Origin: Halorarum halobium
GTDB lineage: Archaea > Halobacteriota > Halobacteria > Halobacteriales > Haloferacaceae
Assembly: GCF_032116555.1 (NCBI RefSeq)
Contig: NZ_CP134949.1
Span: forward strand, 2,852,001 to 2,916,000
Length of the DNA stretch: 64,000 nucleotides
Reading direction: 5' to 3'
Each line of letters starts with the position of its first letter. Position 1 is the first letter of the stretch. The notes under the pieces are model-generated. The model worked only from the letters and a program-made list of their open reading frames with translations, was not told the DNA's origin and searched no databases. The position numbers and the translations under genes are program-made. Positions 63,169 through 64,000 of this stretch are shown here, one piece after another.

Positions 63169-63936
63169 CTACTGGATCCGCCTCAGCCGATCTCGAACCG
63201 CCCGCTGAACGGCCCCGAATTCGCTCGCGATGCGGACGATCTGATACCCATCCTCAATCGCGCGAGCAGCAGCGTCGGGGTCGCCTTCGATACATCCGAC
63301 GGGGACGCCGGCGTCGAGGCTTCGGGACCGTACCTCCGCGATCCGCCGCTGGAACTCGGGGTCGTCCTTCTCGAAACCCATCTGCACGGACAGATCCGAC
63401 GGGCCGACGAAGGTGAACCCGAGTTCGGGCACCGATAGGATCTCGTCGAGGGTATCGATTGCACTCGCCTTCTCGATCATGACGCCGACACACACCTGCT
63501 CGTCTTCGGTTTGCAGGTATCGGTCGGTGTTACGCCACGTGTTCGTGCGAGCAGTGGAGTTACCTCGCTCGCCCGGCCCGTCCTCGTACGTATACCGCGC
63601 AGCCTCCACACACCGACGAACTTCAGCGGCGGTGTCGATCCGCGGGACGAGAACGTTCCGGACGCCGGTGTCCAGTACTTTGCGCACGAGTGCCGGATTC
63701 GGTTCCGGAATACGGACTAACAACTCCGTGTCGACGAGTTCGGCGGCACGTGACAGGTTCTCGAGAGCGTGGCTGTCCCATGGGGTAGCGCCGTGATGCT
63801 CGTAATCGAGCCACACGAAGTCGAGCCCGAGTTCGCCGTAGAGTTCGACCAGGCTCGGAGCGAACGTGTCCGCGCTCGCGCCCAGAACGACGGTACCCTC
63901 TTCTAGCTTGGTCCGGAATGAGTTCGTCTGATCCAT
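63169..63936 (-). CDS. HpcH/HpaI aldolase
   Basis: DFVWLDYEH, VGVMIE, FVGPSDLS. Confidence 0.93.
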   Translation of the reverse strand: MDQTNSFRTKLEEGTVVLGASADTFAPSLVELYGELGLDFVWLDYEHHGATPWDSHALENLSRAAELVDTELLVRIPEPNPALVRKVLDTGVRNVLVPRIDTAAEVRRCVEAARYTYEDGPGERGNSTARTNTWRNTDRYLQTEDEQVCVGVMIEKASAIDTLDEILSVPELGFTFVGPSDLSVQMGFEKDDPEFQRRIAEVRSRSLDAGVPVGCIEGDPDAAARAIEDGYQIVRIASEFGAVQRAVRDRLRRIQ

Positions 63937-64000
63937 TTACGTAGCCTCCTCGTTATCGGATTAGTATAGGTATTTGGGAAGAGCCAGCAACCACCGGATA

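Overview
GC-rich haloarchaeal (Halobacteria) chromosomal DNA, judged from acidic proteins, an archaeosortase, a PGF-CTERM S-layer protein and diphthine synthase. The left ~13 kb is core-like: cobS-cbiB-cobT, dph5, a DUF433/PIN toxin-antitoxin (TA) pair, artA next to the S-layer gene, and ugpBAEC. The remainder is an accessory mosaic. It holds a small-regulator cluster (13.5-18.3 kb) and an AT-richer polysaccharide/glycosylation island (23-38 kb) bracketed by an AbiE TA system and two paralogous HTH+unknown modules. It also holds a non-coding array of GGGGYTGGACAT motifs (38.5-39.4 kb), a CBS-HPF-like candidate ribosome hibernation factor, and a second HalOD1/TrmB regulator cluster. Further right are more TA modules, decayed integrase, VirB4 and IS5 remnants, and the edge of an IclR-linked catabolic operon. 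No rRNA, tRNA or CRISPR array was seen. All family assignments are by motif recognition, not database search.
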